DNA of 64,000 nucleotides from an uncultured delta proteobacterium (GCA_963812015.1 CAWETI010000002.1:768001-832000), one strand, 5' to 3'. Shown: positions 50,801 through 60,143, counted from the stretch's first letter. Program-made: numbers and translations. Notes: generated by a model not told the origin, from the letters alone.

Positions 50801-53800
50801 TTCTTCAGAGAAATTGGGGGCATATTCCCGGCGGATAGCGGCCAATAGGGACGGTTTTAAGAATCGTCCAAAGGACTCCAGGACAAAGGCGCTGACCTCC
50901 CGCTGAATGATTCTTTCCAACGGGTCAACAGGGCCAAAAGAGGCCATTGCCGCCGGTTTCACTACCGTTGTCGCCGGTGCGGCGGGCCACTGTGCCGTCC
51001 GGACCCCAGGGAGAGAAATGAACTTGAGCGGGCCCGTGACTTTGAGATGACCCCGGGCAAACAACTGGCCCATAGCCGACTGCAAGGTCGTCTTCTCCGC
51101 ATCCGGGAGGCAGGTGGCAATACAATCGGGTGATTCCAAGATTTGGGTGACGAGGTTGCTCATGGTGTCTCCCGGCCCCACTTCCATGAAAACCCTGATG
51201 CCGTAATCTTGCCGAAGGGTGCGGACGTTGCTCATCCATTGCACCGGGGACTCCAGGTGCGCCATGATGATCTTCTTGATTTCCACCGGATCCGCCGGAA
51301 AAGACGTCTTAGTCGTGTTGGAAATCACCGGGATGCGGGGGGCGTGGAAGGGAATGTGGCTAAGGAACTCTTCCATTTCATCATGGATGACCCGCATGAG
51401 GGGAGAATGAAAGGCCATGCTAACCTTGAGCTGGGTGGCCCGGTACCCCTCGGCCTTGATCTCCTCCCGCAAGGCCTGGATCGTGGCGGTATCGCCGCCT
51501 ACCACCACTTGGCTGGGGGAGTTGTAATTAGTGATGTAGGCCTGTTCCAGCCCCTTGATCTTCGCTTGCACCAATTCCAGAGGGGCGTCGGTGGCGATCA
51601 TGATGCCGGGGTCCAGGTTCAGCTCGCAAGCTTTGTCCATGCAGCTCGCCCGCATGTTCACCAGGCGGAAGCCGTCCTCAAAGGAAAAGACTCCTGACGT
51701 GGCCAAGGCCGTGAGCTCTCCCAGGCTGTGGCCCGCCATGGCCCTGGGCTCGATCCCCAGGGACCGGAGATACTGCATAATGGCAAATTCGAGGCAAAAG
51801 GTGGCGGGCTGTTGCCAGCGGGTTTTCTGCAAGTCCTCCTCCCGGTCCTGGAACAGCAGGTCCAGCAGGTCGAACTCGGCTAGGGCCGCCGCCCGGTCCA
51901 GCCAGTGGCGGATCACCGGGAAGGTTTCGTAAAGCTCGTAGCCCATACCGGCGTATTGGGCTCCCTGCCCGGGGAAGACCAGGGCGAGGGGTTGGGGCGC
52001 GACGCCCTCCTCCCCCAGAAAGAAGCCCTTGCGCCCCAGGACCCGCAGCATCTTCTCCGAAAGGGGGACTTCCGGCGCCAGGGGCTGCAATTCCTGAACC
52101 CGGCTGCGAGCCTCCGCCTCAGAGGTGGCCACCACCGCCAGGCGGTATGCCTGCCCGGCCACCTCGGTCCGGCCACAGAACACCCCTTCCGGCAGGTCCT
52201 GGTTGCCGCCGGCGGTCGCCGCCGGGGGCGCCTCGCCGGGGAGCGATACCAGCACGGCGTCATTCCCTTTCCTGGATTCCTCCAGGTGCATGACATAGTT
52301 GGAGCCGCCAAATCCGAAGGAGTTAACCTGGAGTCGCCGGGGACGGTCATTGGCGGATTTCCACTCCGAAGGTTCGGTTGGCACCACGAGGCCCGAACCC
52401 TCGATGGCCATTTCAGGATCAGGGGTCCGGTAGTTGAGGGTGGCTGGGAAGACTCCCGTTTGCATGGCCTTGACGCCTCGGATGAGGCTGTTGAGGCCGG
52501 AGGCCCCTAGGGTGTGGCCGATCTGGGACTTAAAAGAGGTGCACATGGTGCGGCCGTTGCCCCGATAAAAGGTCTGCAGGGCCTTCACCTCCTCCACGTC
52601 CCCTTGAAAGGTCGAGGTGGCGTGGCACTCCACCAGATCCACGGCCTCCGGCCCATAAGGCGCGTCCCGGAAGGAGGCCCGGATGGCGATCTCCTGGGTC
52701 TCCCGGGAAGACTCCACCAGCCCCAAATGATTGTTACTGGCGCCGGTGCCGGTGAGATAGGCGTGCACCCGGGCCCCCCGGCGACTGGCGACCCGCTCCG
52801 ACTCGATGACAATCATGGCGCCGCCTTCGCCGAGCACCATGCCGTCCCGCTTGAGGTCAAAGGGCCGGCTGCTTTCCGCCGGTGGATAATCCTCGCCGGA
52901 CATTCCCGCCAGGGCCCCCAGGGCGGAAAATTCCTGGAAGTGGATGGGGGTTAGAGCCTCTTCGCCGCCTCCCACGATGGCCGCATCGATGATGCCGTTG
53001 CGGATCAACTGCATGGCGCTGTAGAGCGCCACCAGGGAAGTGGCGCAGGCCGCTGACACTGCGAAGCTGGGGCCCATGAAGCCGTATTTGTTGGAGATAT
53101 AGCCGCCGGCGGTACAATTGAGCCGCCCCAGCAGGGTGGTGTCGTCAATGGCCAGGCGCCCGGAGATAACCTCCCGGGTGAGAGCCTCCTGGCCTTCCGG
53201 GGTCAGAGGCACCACTCGCTGGATGGAGTTCAGGATTCCCCCCCAGGCTCCCCGCACCAGGATGTCCATCAAGGTCCCCGCGGCCTCGCCGGAGTTTTGG
53301 GAGATCAACACGGCAATACGATCTCTGGGGATGTCGGCGGCGAGGATTCCCGAATCCTGGATGGCCTGGCTCGCCAGCCACAGGGTGACCTTGGTGGCGT
53401 GAGTCATGGTGCGGAAGTCCTGGGGTGGAATGTTTAGATCTTTGCGGGAGATGTCCAGATTCTGAAAGGCTCCCACTTTGCAATAGATTTTTTCCGGCAT
53501 CCGGGGACGCGGGTGGTAGAAGAGCCGGTAGTCCCACCGTTCCGGGGGCACATAAGTGATGCCGGATTTCATGGCCAGGCTGGCGGCCCAGACCTCAGCC
53601 GGAGAGTTCCCCAAGGCGTTGACCACACTCATGCCGGTGATGGCGATGCGTTCTCGCCCGGGCTCCCGGAAGGCGGTGCCCCGGGGCGGCCGCCCCGGCA
53701 TCGCCGCGGCAGCCCCCCGGACCGGGCCGATCTCGGGCTGCGTCAGGTGGAGCGGCCCTTCGGCCAGATCCTGATGGAGCTTTGCGACCGACTTAACCCC

Positions 53801-55798
53801 CGTGATCGCCCCAGCGCAGGCGCCGCTCATAAACTGGCCCTTATCCAGGCAGGTGGCCGGGGACAGCGGCGGCCCCTGGGGCCCTGCGGTGCCCCTGGCC
53901 GCCACAAGCAGGCTTCCGGCCGTCAGGGTCTCCATCTCCCGGCGAAAGGAGGCCTCCTCCTGGCGACCGCCCTGGAAATCCCGCTCCAGGGCCGCCAGGC
54001 GATCCATCGCCGGAGTTTTCAGCGACCGTACCCGCAACCCGGTGGCTTCGCCGCTCACCACGGTGCTCCCGGGGGTGGCTTCCAGGATCAGCCTTTGATA
54101 GAGGGCGGTCAAGGCCCCGGTGCTAACTATCTCCTCGGTCGCCAAGTAGGCAGTCCCCACTTGAATGGCGTCGGCTCCCAGCATGACAGCCATAAAGGCC
54201 GTCTCCCGCTGATAGATGCCCCCCGCCAGAACAATCCGGCGCCCTTCAAGGAGGTGCGGTTCGCGGTGCTTCAATTCCAGGGCGATTTGGGCCAGGGTGA
54301 GAGTAGTATGTTGCCCCACGTGGCCGCCGGCTTCATTGCCCTCCAGGATGAGATAGCGTACCCCGACACTGCAAGCCAGACGCAAGAGGTCTTCATTGGG
54401 GGCGAGATACATCACCTCGAGGCCCCGATGCCGCAAGTCCTGGGCAAAAGATGGTTCCCCTGCGGCGATTACTGTAAATCGGGGGCGTTTACGGGTGATC
54501 CATTCCAACTGGGCGTCCCGGTGGGGATTTTCTGCCAGGGCGATGATATTCACAGCGTAGGGCCGGTCCTCCATGACCTCCGACAACCGTTGCAGCTTCC
54601 CGGTCAGGGCATCCTGATCCATGAGGCCCAAGGCCACCGTGGGCAGCCCCCCGGCGTCCGCCACCGCCCGCGCGAATTCCGGGACGTCGGTGATCCAGGA
54701 CATAGCCCCCTGAATAATGGGGTAACGGGTGCCCATTTCCCGGGCCACGGGGGTCTGGGCCAGGAGGTCCGCCTGTTCCCGGGCCCGGGCGCACTGTGCG
54801 GCCACGTCGGCCAGAAAGCCATCCAGGGCCTCCTGGGTGCCGGAGCCATAACGCGCCGCAAAGGAGGCGGCAAAGGCCGCCTCTATTCCCAGGGGGATGA
54901 GCTCTTCCCGGCGAAAACTGCTCTCCTGGGGCGCCTGGGCCGCCCGGACGGCCTCCCGGGCAAAGGTCCGGCTTTCCTCCTCGGTCACCGTCTCCGTTCC
55001 GGTGGGCACCGCCTCAAGTAGCCGCTTGACCGCCTGGGAATTTCCCTTGTTGAAGACTCGAAAAGGTGCGTTAAGATTAAGCCCCACCAACTGGGTATGA
55101 TCGGGACGCAATTTCGCCAGACCCTGCCGGGAGGATTCTCCCAGCCCGGCTAGGTCGGTCAGCCAATGGAGGCTCTCCAGCACGATTCCCTTGGCGCCGG
55201 TAGTGAGAAAAGCCGCGGCCGCTTCCGGGGTGGCCACGCCTCCCCAAATTACCAGCCCCAGCGCCGACTCCCGATGACGGAGACGGTCGCACAGAGCGGC
55301 GTACAAGGTAAAGGTGGATTCACTGCTCACCAAGCCACCCGCCTCACTGCCCTTGAGCACCACCTGGGGCAGGTCGGCATGCTGATCCAGCACTTCCAGG
55401 ATAAGAGACACATCGCTGAGGATAGGAAAGATATCCACGCCAGGGCTTAAAGCGGTCAAGCGTTTCAAAGCGGGGTGCGCAGAATCGTCCAGCAACAGGG
55501 GATGGAACTCCACCCAAAGGCCCTTTATGGCCAGAGATTCCAGCAACTCCGGAAGCGCCTGATCCCAAATCGCCTCAGGAGCCACCTTGAAGTGGACGGC
55601 CTCTCCCTGGGCGCCGATCCGGTTAAGGACCGGGGCCGCGGCCGTAAGAGGCAGGTGTGACAGATCAACCAGGCCGATAGTACCGGAATTCACCGCCATC
55701 TTGGCCACTGCCGGAGAGAACTCCTCCGGTCGCCAGACCGTGGCAATTATCGGACGAGTGTTCGCAACCACCCTGATTCTTCCGCAAGACTCACCCAT
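47813..55798 (-). CDS. Iterative type I PKS/FAS (Pfa-like): ER0-ER-KS-AT-ACP-KR-DH
   Basis: FabK/NMO-type PIIQGAM..EAGGH; KS SAACATS/HATST/KSQIGH; AT GHSLG/AFHS; ACP DLAIRSS; KR GGGYGIT/YTAAN; DH DHKPF..HP. Confidence 0.92.
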   Translation of the reverse strand: MGESCGRIRVVANTRPIIATVWRPEEFSPAVAKMAVNSGTIGLVDLSHLPLTAAAPVLNRIGAQGEAVHFKVAPEAIWDQALPELLESLAIKGLWVEFHPLLLDDSAHPALKRLTALSPGVDIFPILSDVSLILEVLDQHADLPQVVLKGSEAGGLVSSESTFTLYAALCDRLRHRESALGLVIWGGVATPEAAAAFLTTGAKGIVLESLHWLTDLAGLGESSRQGLAKLRPDHTQLVGLNLNAPFRVFNKGNSQAVKRLLEAVPTGTETVTEEESRTFAREAVRAAQAPQESSFRREELIPLGIEAAFAASFAARYGSGTQEALDGFLADVAAQCARAREQADLLAQTPVAREMGTRYPIIQGAMSWITDVPEFARAVADAGGLPTVALGLMDQDALTGKLQRLSEVMEDRPYAVNIIALAENPHRDAQLEWITRKRPRFTVIAAGEPSFAQDLRHRGLEVMYLAPNEDLLRLACSVGVRYLILEGNEAGGHVGQHTTLTLAQIALELKHREPHLLEGRRIVLAGGIYQRETAFMAVMLGADAIQVGTAYLATEEIVSTGALTALYQRLILEATPGSTVVSGEATGLRVRSLKTPAMDRLAALERDFQGGRQEEASFRREMETLTAGSLLVAARGTAGPQGPPLSPATCLDKGQFMSGACAGAITGVKSVAKLHQDLAEGPLHLTQPEIGPVRGAAAAMPGRPPRGTAFREPGRERIAITGMSVVNALGNSPAEVWAASLAMKSGITYVPPERWDYRLFYHPRPRMPEKIYCKVGAFQNLDISRKDLNIPPQDFRTMTHATKVTLWLASQAIQDSGILAADIPRDRIAVLISQNSGEAAGTLMDILVRGAWGGILNSIQRVVPLTPEGQEALTREVISGRLAIDDTTLLGRLNCTAGGYISNKYGFMGPSFAVSAACATSLVALYSAMQLIRNGIIDAAIVGGGEEALTPIHFQEFSALGALAGMSGEDYPPAESSRPFDLKRDGMVLGEGGAMIVIESERVASRRGARVHAYLTGTGASNNHLGLVESSRETQEIAIRASFRDAPYGPEAVDLVECHATSTFQGDVEEVKALQTFYRGNGRTMCTSFKSQIGHTLGASGLNSLIRGVKAMQTGVFPATLNYRTPDPEMAIEGSGLVVPTEPSEWKSANDRPRRLQVNSFGFGGSNYVMHLEESRKGNDAVLVSLPGEAPPAATAGGNQDLPEGVFCGRTEVAGQAYRLAVVATSEAEARSRVQELQPLAPEVPLSEKMLRVLGRKGFFLGEEGVAPQPLALVFPGQGAQYAGMGYELYETFPVIRHWLDRAAALAEFDLLDLLFQDREEDLQKTRWQQPATFCLEFAIMQYLRSLGIEPRAMAGHSLGELTALATSGVFSFEDGFRLVNMRASCMDKACELNLDPGIMIATDAPLELVQAKIKGLEQAYITNYNSPSQVVVGGDTATIQALREEIKAEGYRATQLKVSMAFHSPLMRVIHDEMEEFLSHIPFHAPRIPVISNTTKTSFPADPVEIKKIIMAHLESPVQWMSNVRTLRQDYGIRVFMEVGPGDTMSNLVTQILESPDCIATCLPDAEKTTLQSAMGQLFARGHLKVTGPLKFISLPGVRTAQWPAAPATTVVKPAAMASFGPVDPLERIIQREVSAFVLESFGRFLKPSLLAAIRREYAPNFSEENLEQLLQSRQAAWTPPVVPSNNPATTLAAAPLPAVEPSPSPPRALPEAGADYLEEVIGLIMEATGYERDEIEPDMDLRSDLAIRSSRFPVIIDAAESRFGIEIRLEDFLDVRTVRELASRISEVVARGEGRETPPAGAQAAPAASGAAVDAPLGQVKPLKRVVFGPVPLPDFSPQPLELTSSDTVAILYPGGSSAWLEEVSELFRREWGCAVQSLAFLEAGPEGTGFDLRQPEGARQAALKLSADPSLAGLVILLDDSFTCRLQGMDDLPCLLAGCFPLLQSLGAASRKKFALALHRSPDEAGEEHLLSQGLLGLFLSAALEYPDLLFRTVRLDRETKLLPALRQALDPQQPVIDTWYRQGQVMTTAGRVVLVEGMSEPTLALNRGDVLVFSGGGYGITTHLVECLATFNPQVVLLGRTAIDLDEEISKLLLAEEPSEKALRWQIMQQRPDISQEALQQELARLFQARQVMQSLEELRAAGMEVAYLSCDVTYPDQVQETVNEIIRRYGRIDGLVHGAGVLRDKLLAHLNPEEVAAVLDVKFKGAWNLFNAASEAGLRFVVALSSVAAIQGNRGQTNYTAANRMMSALLSQIKAQHPAILCKALSLPPISGGGMADNPDLRRLLEKMGVGYLEPQELKELFCRELFLTGPQDVWVMFMSRLPEIKHLRLDTADPKPAPPGLQDGAMVFAPEQFPLIDAISYLDLQAGVLQASRVFSRERDLWIADHKPFKFLKHPLVSAIMALETFMEAARLLYPYLEVREVREVEFLEAIEVPPEVAINSIITCHRLREPGGEVVCQLTMESPLLSPTGKVLDKKDINYRAQVVLSGAAPPAWPNLPGFPLKLEDLDTRTEELEKIIGWYDQRTAMQGRYRVIEHLDGSGPGLVRGAAAYRTEMDFSHLQAPSLQYSPYVMEALMQMTNFYIVMRNEEDERTFIPVRIEAMSFTRRCRNQERVILEARLQDEDSNGFTWDAQALDADGQPLMKVRGLRLHSFSE

Positions 55799-55954
55799 TG
55801 ATCATCTGCTCCTCATAATGGAGAGAGAAATAGACCGTTTCGGCCTTAGGTCAAGACATCGCCAGATCGTGCGCAGGTTGGCCCCCTGCGTTGACGTATC
55901 CTCTCCTTGGTCTCGTCGTCCAGAACCTGCAATGAGAGATGCAATCACCCAATA

Positions 55955-57094
55955 CTATGGCGTCAATTCTTTCCGGTATATCCTAAATCTCTTATTCACT
56001 TTGGCGCCCCCATCCATATACCACTGGTTGATCAGGTCATTGTCTTCAAGATTCCAGCCTAACTCAATATACTGGTATCCCTTATATTTAGGATTTTCAA
56101 TAATCGTCCGGAAAAGGTAGTCGAAGGCTAATAGGGGTAGCCCCATTTGGCGGTACTTTTTTCTAATCCCAAAAATCAACCCCCGATGCCCATTGATTTC
56201 CCGCCGGTAGAGGAGAAACTTGAGCCATCCCAGCATTCCTATTTTACCATTGAGCCGTTTTAACAAGGGATTGATATCCGGAATGACGACTCCCACCCCG
56301 ATCGGCTCCTGGCCATCTAGCATAAAAAAACCCAAGTCAGGATCCATGATGCGCGCCAAGCTGTGGCCGATCTCTTCCCACTCGGCATCGGTCATGGGGA
56401 CAAACCCCCAGTTGTCAAACCAGGCTTCGTGATAGATCTCCTTCACATACTTCAATTCGTTGTGGAAATCTTCTCGAACTCGGATAGGCCGTATTTGGAT
56501 GTTGGCCTTTTTGGAGATGCGCCGGGCAAGACGCCCCACCCAGGGTGGCGGTTGCCAGTGGCGATCCACCCAAAACGACAGCAGGTCCTTTTCTTTGCTG
56601 TAACCGCAGGATTCCACCAATCCTGGATAGTAGGGGGGATTATACGTCATCATTACCACCGGGCGTTGTTGGTAGCCCTCCACCAGCAAGCCTGCCTCAT
56701 AGTTGCTGGAAGGATTTAAGGGGCCCCGCACAAAAGTCATTCCCTGACCCCGGAGCCATTCTTCCACCGCGCCCATGAGGGCTGCCGCGGCTTCTAAGTC
56801 TTTAGAGCACTCGAAAAATCCCCATATTCCCATGCGCTCATCGTGGAACCGGTTGTAATTATGGTCCACGATGCCAGCGATGCGGCCCACCGTCTCGGTA
56901 CCCCGCTGGGCCAGAAACAGCCTTTGCTCGGCAAATCGCCAGAAGGGATGCGTTTTAAGGTCAATTAGCTTAGCCACCTCCTTTTTCAAAGGGGGGACCC
57001 AGTTGGGGTCATGGGCGTAAATCTTCCATGGCAGTTCTAAAAAGGCCTTCATCTCCGAAGGTCGCGTGACGGTAATCAATTTCACCGGTGCCAT
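55955..57094 (-). CDS. YghO-type GNAT protein (bacterial ceramide synthase bCerS-like)
   Basis: LPWKIYAHDPNWVPPL, HPF, VGRIAG, GFFEC, RGPLNPS, YNPPYY, NWGFVPMT, ELGWNLEDN. Confidence 0.8.
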   Translation of the reverse strand: MAPVKLITVTRPSEMKAFLELPWKIYAHDPNWVPPLKKEVAKLIDLKTHPFWRFAEQRLFLAQRGTETVGRIAGIVDHNYNRFHDERMGIWGFFECSKDLEAAAALMGAVEEWLRGQGMTFVRGPLNPSSNYEAGLLVEGYQQRPVVMMTYNPPYYPGLVESCGYSKEKDLLSFWVDRHWQPPPWVGRLARRISKKANIQIRPIRVREDFHNELKYVKEIYHEAWFDNWGFVPMTDAEWEEIGHSLARIMDPDLGFFMLDGQEPIGVGVVIPDINPLLKRLNGKIGMLGWLKFLLYRREINGHRGLIFGIRKKYRQMGLPLLAFDYLFRTIIENPKYKGYQYIELGWNLEDNDLINQWYMDGGAKVNKRFRIYRKELTP

Positions 57095-57164
57095 GAAAAT
57101 TCCTTTATTATGGATTTACCGCACAGAAGCGATTCATGAGCACGCGGAAATGGTAGCCCGCGGC

Positions 57165-57365
57165 GGCCATGGACATACCATCTCCGGGCATGATAGGAAA
57201 CCATGGCGCCCATCTTGATCAGGCGCTTAATCAGCCAATCCATGGATCGTTTAACTACTTCGCCCCAGACATAGAACTGCCGGATCATGTTGAGGAGGTG
57301 GTAAGCCAGAAGCCCCATCTTCAACCGGGCTTGGTTGGCCTCGAAGCTCTGGCAACTGGTCTTAT
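57165..57365 (-). pseudogene. IS1380 transposase C-terminal fragment
   Basis: TSCQSFEANQARLKMGLLAYHLLNMIRQF...RLIKMGAMVSYHARRWYVH. Confidence 0.75.
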
Positions 57366-57924
57366 AGTTATGCTTATTTCAGGCAATTCTTGCGGCATAA
57401 TCAAGGATATGAATACTCTCCTCACCTACCTACCAACCATCAAAAATAATCAGGGATTAGGCCTGACACTTGGCACAAAAACTTTAAATGTCGCCAGGGT
57501 CTTAGATAACGCTATGATATCCATGTCAACCTGGATTATGCAGCAAAAATTGAGAGAAAATAGTATAATATATTGATATAATTAGATATATTAGTAAATT
57601 AGGGGTGTTCCAAGATGCTCGTCAATGCTGAAAGCCAGAATGGATTGATTCAGCCGGATTTAAACCAAAATATCATAACAGATTTTCAAGGGCAAAGATC
57701 ACTTCAGGCGTTAATTTTCTTCTGGTGCGAGAGATTGATGACCTTTCAGGATCATTAACCAAAGGAAAGATTGCCTGGAAGACTTTGGGCCACATATTCG
57801 AAGCATTCCTTAGTCCAGATGGTGCATGAATGGAGGCCCGCCTGGTTTCCATCTTTGTCAAGGAGGCGGTGGCTCTTGCACTTGGACCTCGCCAAAGAGA
57901 GAGAAAGGTAAACAAGAAATAAGA

Positions 57925-58068
57925 TTACCGACTTCTCTTTTGATCTCTCGAAATAATCTCAATTATAAACAAAATGCCAATCAATACACTTAATATTGAT
58001 CCCGCAAGAATCGCGATTGGCAATTCTTTCCAACCTATTTCCATAATATTTTCTTCGGTCGTGGTCAT
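57925..58068 (-). CDS. Small single-TM protein
   Basis: 47-aa ORF with hydrophobic helix and basic tail, starting 30 nt beyond an IS1380 right end. Confidence 0.45.
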   Translation of the reverse strand: MTTTEENIMEIGWKELPIAILAGSILSVLIGILFIIEIISRDQKRSR

Positions 58069-58097
58069 GGTTTGTTCCTTGTGGACAAGGCAATCCT

Positions 58098-58372
58098 CCG
58101 AGATTTTGCAGCAACCCGGGCCACCGAATTCCAAAAACGGTTTTGGCGACCTCTCTTTCCGGGTTTAACCCCGGAAAGCTTCTTCTTTTACAGCCAAATT
58201 ATCTCGTGGGAGGCATGATAGCACAAATTTCGCTGAAAGAGTAATTTCCCCAAAAATCTGAGCAGACCAAACCCTTAGAATCAAAATGCTTCACTGCTGT
58301 GGAGCTTAAGGAGTCCATGCCAGCACCGCCCGTAAATGGTTAGCCAGTGGAAAAGCTGAGGTCGCATGCACA
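58098..58372 (-). mobile_element. IS1380-family right-end remnant
   Basis: VHATSAFPLANHLRAVLAWTP*, AAATTTGTGCTATCATGCC block, end CTGCAAAATCTCGG. Confidence 0.72.
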
Positions 58373-58406
58373 TTAGACCTCCGGGCTGGATCAGAGGTGT
58401 CGATAG

Positions 58407-58463
58407 CTGCTATGATCCGAAACTTATCACAGAGCCAAAAACTTCCCCATATCCAGAAGATAT
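58407..58463 (+). repeat. Cassette-site copy 8: left arm plus core
   Basis: CTGCTATGATCCGAAACTTATCACAGAGCCAAAAACTTCCCC-ATAT-CCAGAAG-ATAT. Confidence 0.85.
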
Positions 58464-58914
58464 GTGCTCTTTGGTGGCCGGCCCCGCCGCTGTCTCTGTC
58501 TCTTTTTCGGCTTCCGTTCTCCCTACGCCCCTTGGGGGCTAAAGGTTTCACGGTTATCGGGCCCAGAGCGCAGGCGTACCCTCAGGGTCAACGGCCCTGG
58601 GGGATGGGTTCGTCTCCCTCGGTCAGTCGCGGCCATGTGGGAATCGGCGCCTCCTGCACCGATGGCCCGGCCACCCATCGACTCCGAATCCCCGACACAA
58701 GCCGGCAGGGAGTGTTCACGACCTGGCTAAAGGCCTGGTTGAAGCAATGAGAGCCCCCCCTGAGGCGATCATCCTATCCCTGGACCCGTCCCGCCGGCCA
58801 CTGGTGCACCGCAGGTCCGGCCTTGCCCCTACCTACGACGGCCCCTTTACCCCTCCTCATTCCTGTGAACTCTGCCCAGGGTACGGCAAACTTGGCCCAC
58901 CGTCTCCTCCTGTC

Positions 58915-60076
58915 CGGGGCCACCTCCGGCGATCTGAACACGGTCCTGGACGCCATCGATGGCTTACCGGCCAACCCCAATGTCCGGGACGCCTTCAAGC
59001 AGATCTCCCCGGATAAGGCCGGGGCCCTGTCCACCCTGGCCTTTGCCGGGGCAGCCTCCCAGATGCGCAACCAGGCCCAGCGGATCACCGATCTGAGCTT
59101 CGGTGGCCGGGAGGCCGGAGTCCTGGGTGGGCTCCCCGGGTCCTTTGACCTCAATTACTCACGGACGGGGGGGCTGATGTTGGCCTATAACTCCGCCAGC
59201 CTGGCCGGGCTGATCACGGAAAAGCCCAAGGCAGCCCCCGAGAGCCGCTGGGGTCTCTACCTTGACCCGTCCCTCATCTTGGGGTCTCAGCAATCCTCGG
59301 TGAACCAGACGGGATTTAACTTCACCATGGCGGGCTTCACTGCCGGGGCCGACTACCGGGTTCGGGACAACCTCCTGGTGGGCCTGGCTACGGGCTACAG
59401 CCACACCAATTCCAGTTTCTTCGGCTCCGGGGGCGGGGTCCAGACCAACACGTGGCCCCTGACGGCCTACGCAGCCTACCTGCCCCAGTCCTTTTACGCT
59501 TACGGCTCCCTGGGCTATGCCCTGAACCTCTTCAACCTGCAGCGGCAGATCGGCTTTGGGGGCCTCAACCGCACCGCCACCAGCTCCACTACGGGCAATC
59601 AGCTCAACGCTTACGGGGAGGCGGGGTACGACCTGAAGGCCAGTTCCCTGGTAATAACCCCCGTGGTTTCCCTGGCCTACTCCGGCCTCTGGGTGGACAG
59701 CCTGACGGAGAACGGCGCCGGGGCCCTGAACCTCAAGGTCTCTCCTCAAAACGCCACCTCTCTGCAAACGGGGGTAGGCGCTAAGGTGGCCGCGCCTTTG
59801 AAGAGGGGCCCGGTGACGGTGGTGTCTCAGGCCTACGCCACCTACCAGCACGAGTTCGCCAACGACAGCCGGGGCCTCAACGCCAGCCTCAGCCAGAGCG
59901 GTAGCACCTTCAATTTTCAGACGGACGCCGCCCCCAAGAACTATGCCTTGGTGGGGGCCAACGTGACCATCTTGACCGACAAAAACTTCCGGGTTGAACT
60001 CAACTACAATACCGAAGTGGGCCGATCCAACTACACCGCCCATTCCGCCTACGCCGGGGTGCGCTGGGAATTTTAA
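58915..60076 (+). pseudogene. 5'-truncated autotransporter (linker plus beta-barrel only), paralogue of 24524-28975
   Basis: TSGDLNTVLDAIDGLPAN..KQISPDKAGAL..VRWEF closely matches the earlier gene; no signal peptide or passenger. Confidence 0.8.
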
Positions 60077-60087
60077 TGTGCAGACAC

Positions 60088-60143
60088 CTGCCCTGATCCG
60101 AAACTTATCACTGAGCCAAAAACCTTCCATATCCAGAACACAG
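60088..60143 (+). repeat. Cassette-site copy 9: left arm plus partial core
   Basis: TGATCCGAAACTTATCACTGAGCCAAAAACCTTCC-ATAT-CCAGAAC; near-identical direct repeat of copy 8. Confidence 0.83.

Noticed and set aside
15209..60143. Repeat family as a CRISPR array or integron attC array
   Set aside because: Copies are 100-219 bp, kilobases apart and divergent. There are no cas genes, no intI, and no RYYYAAC/GTTRRRY ends.
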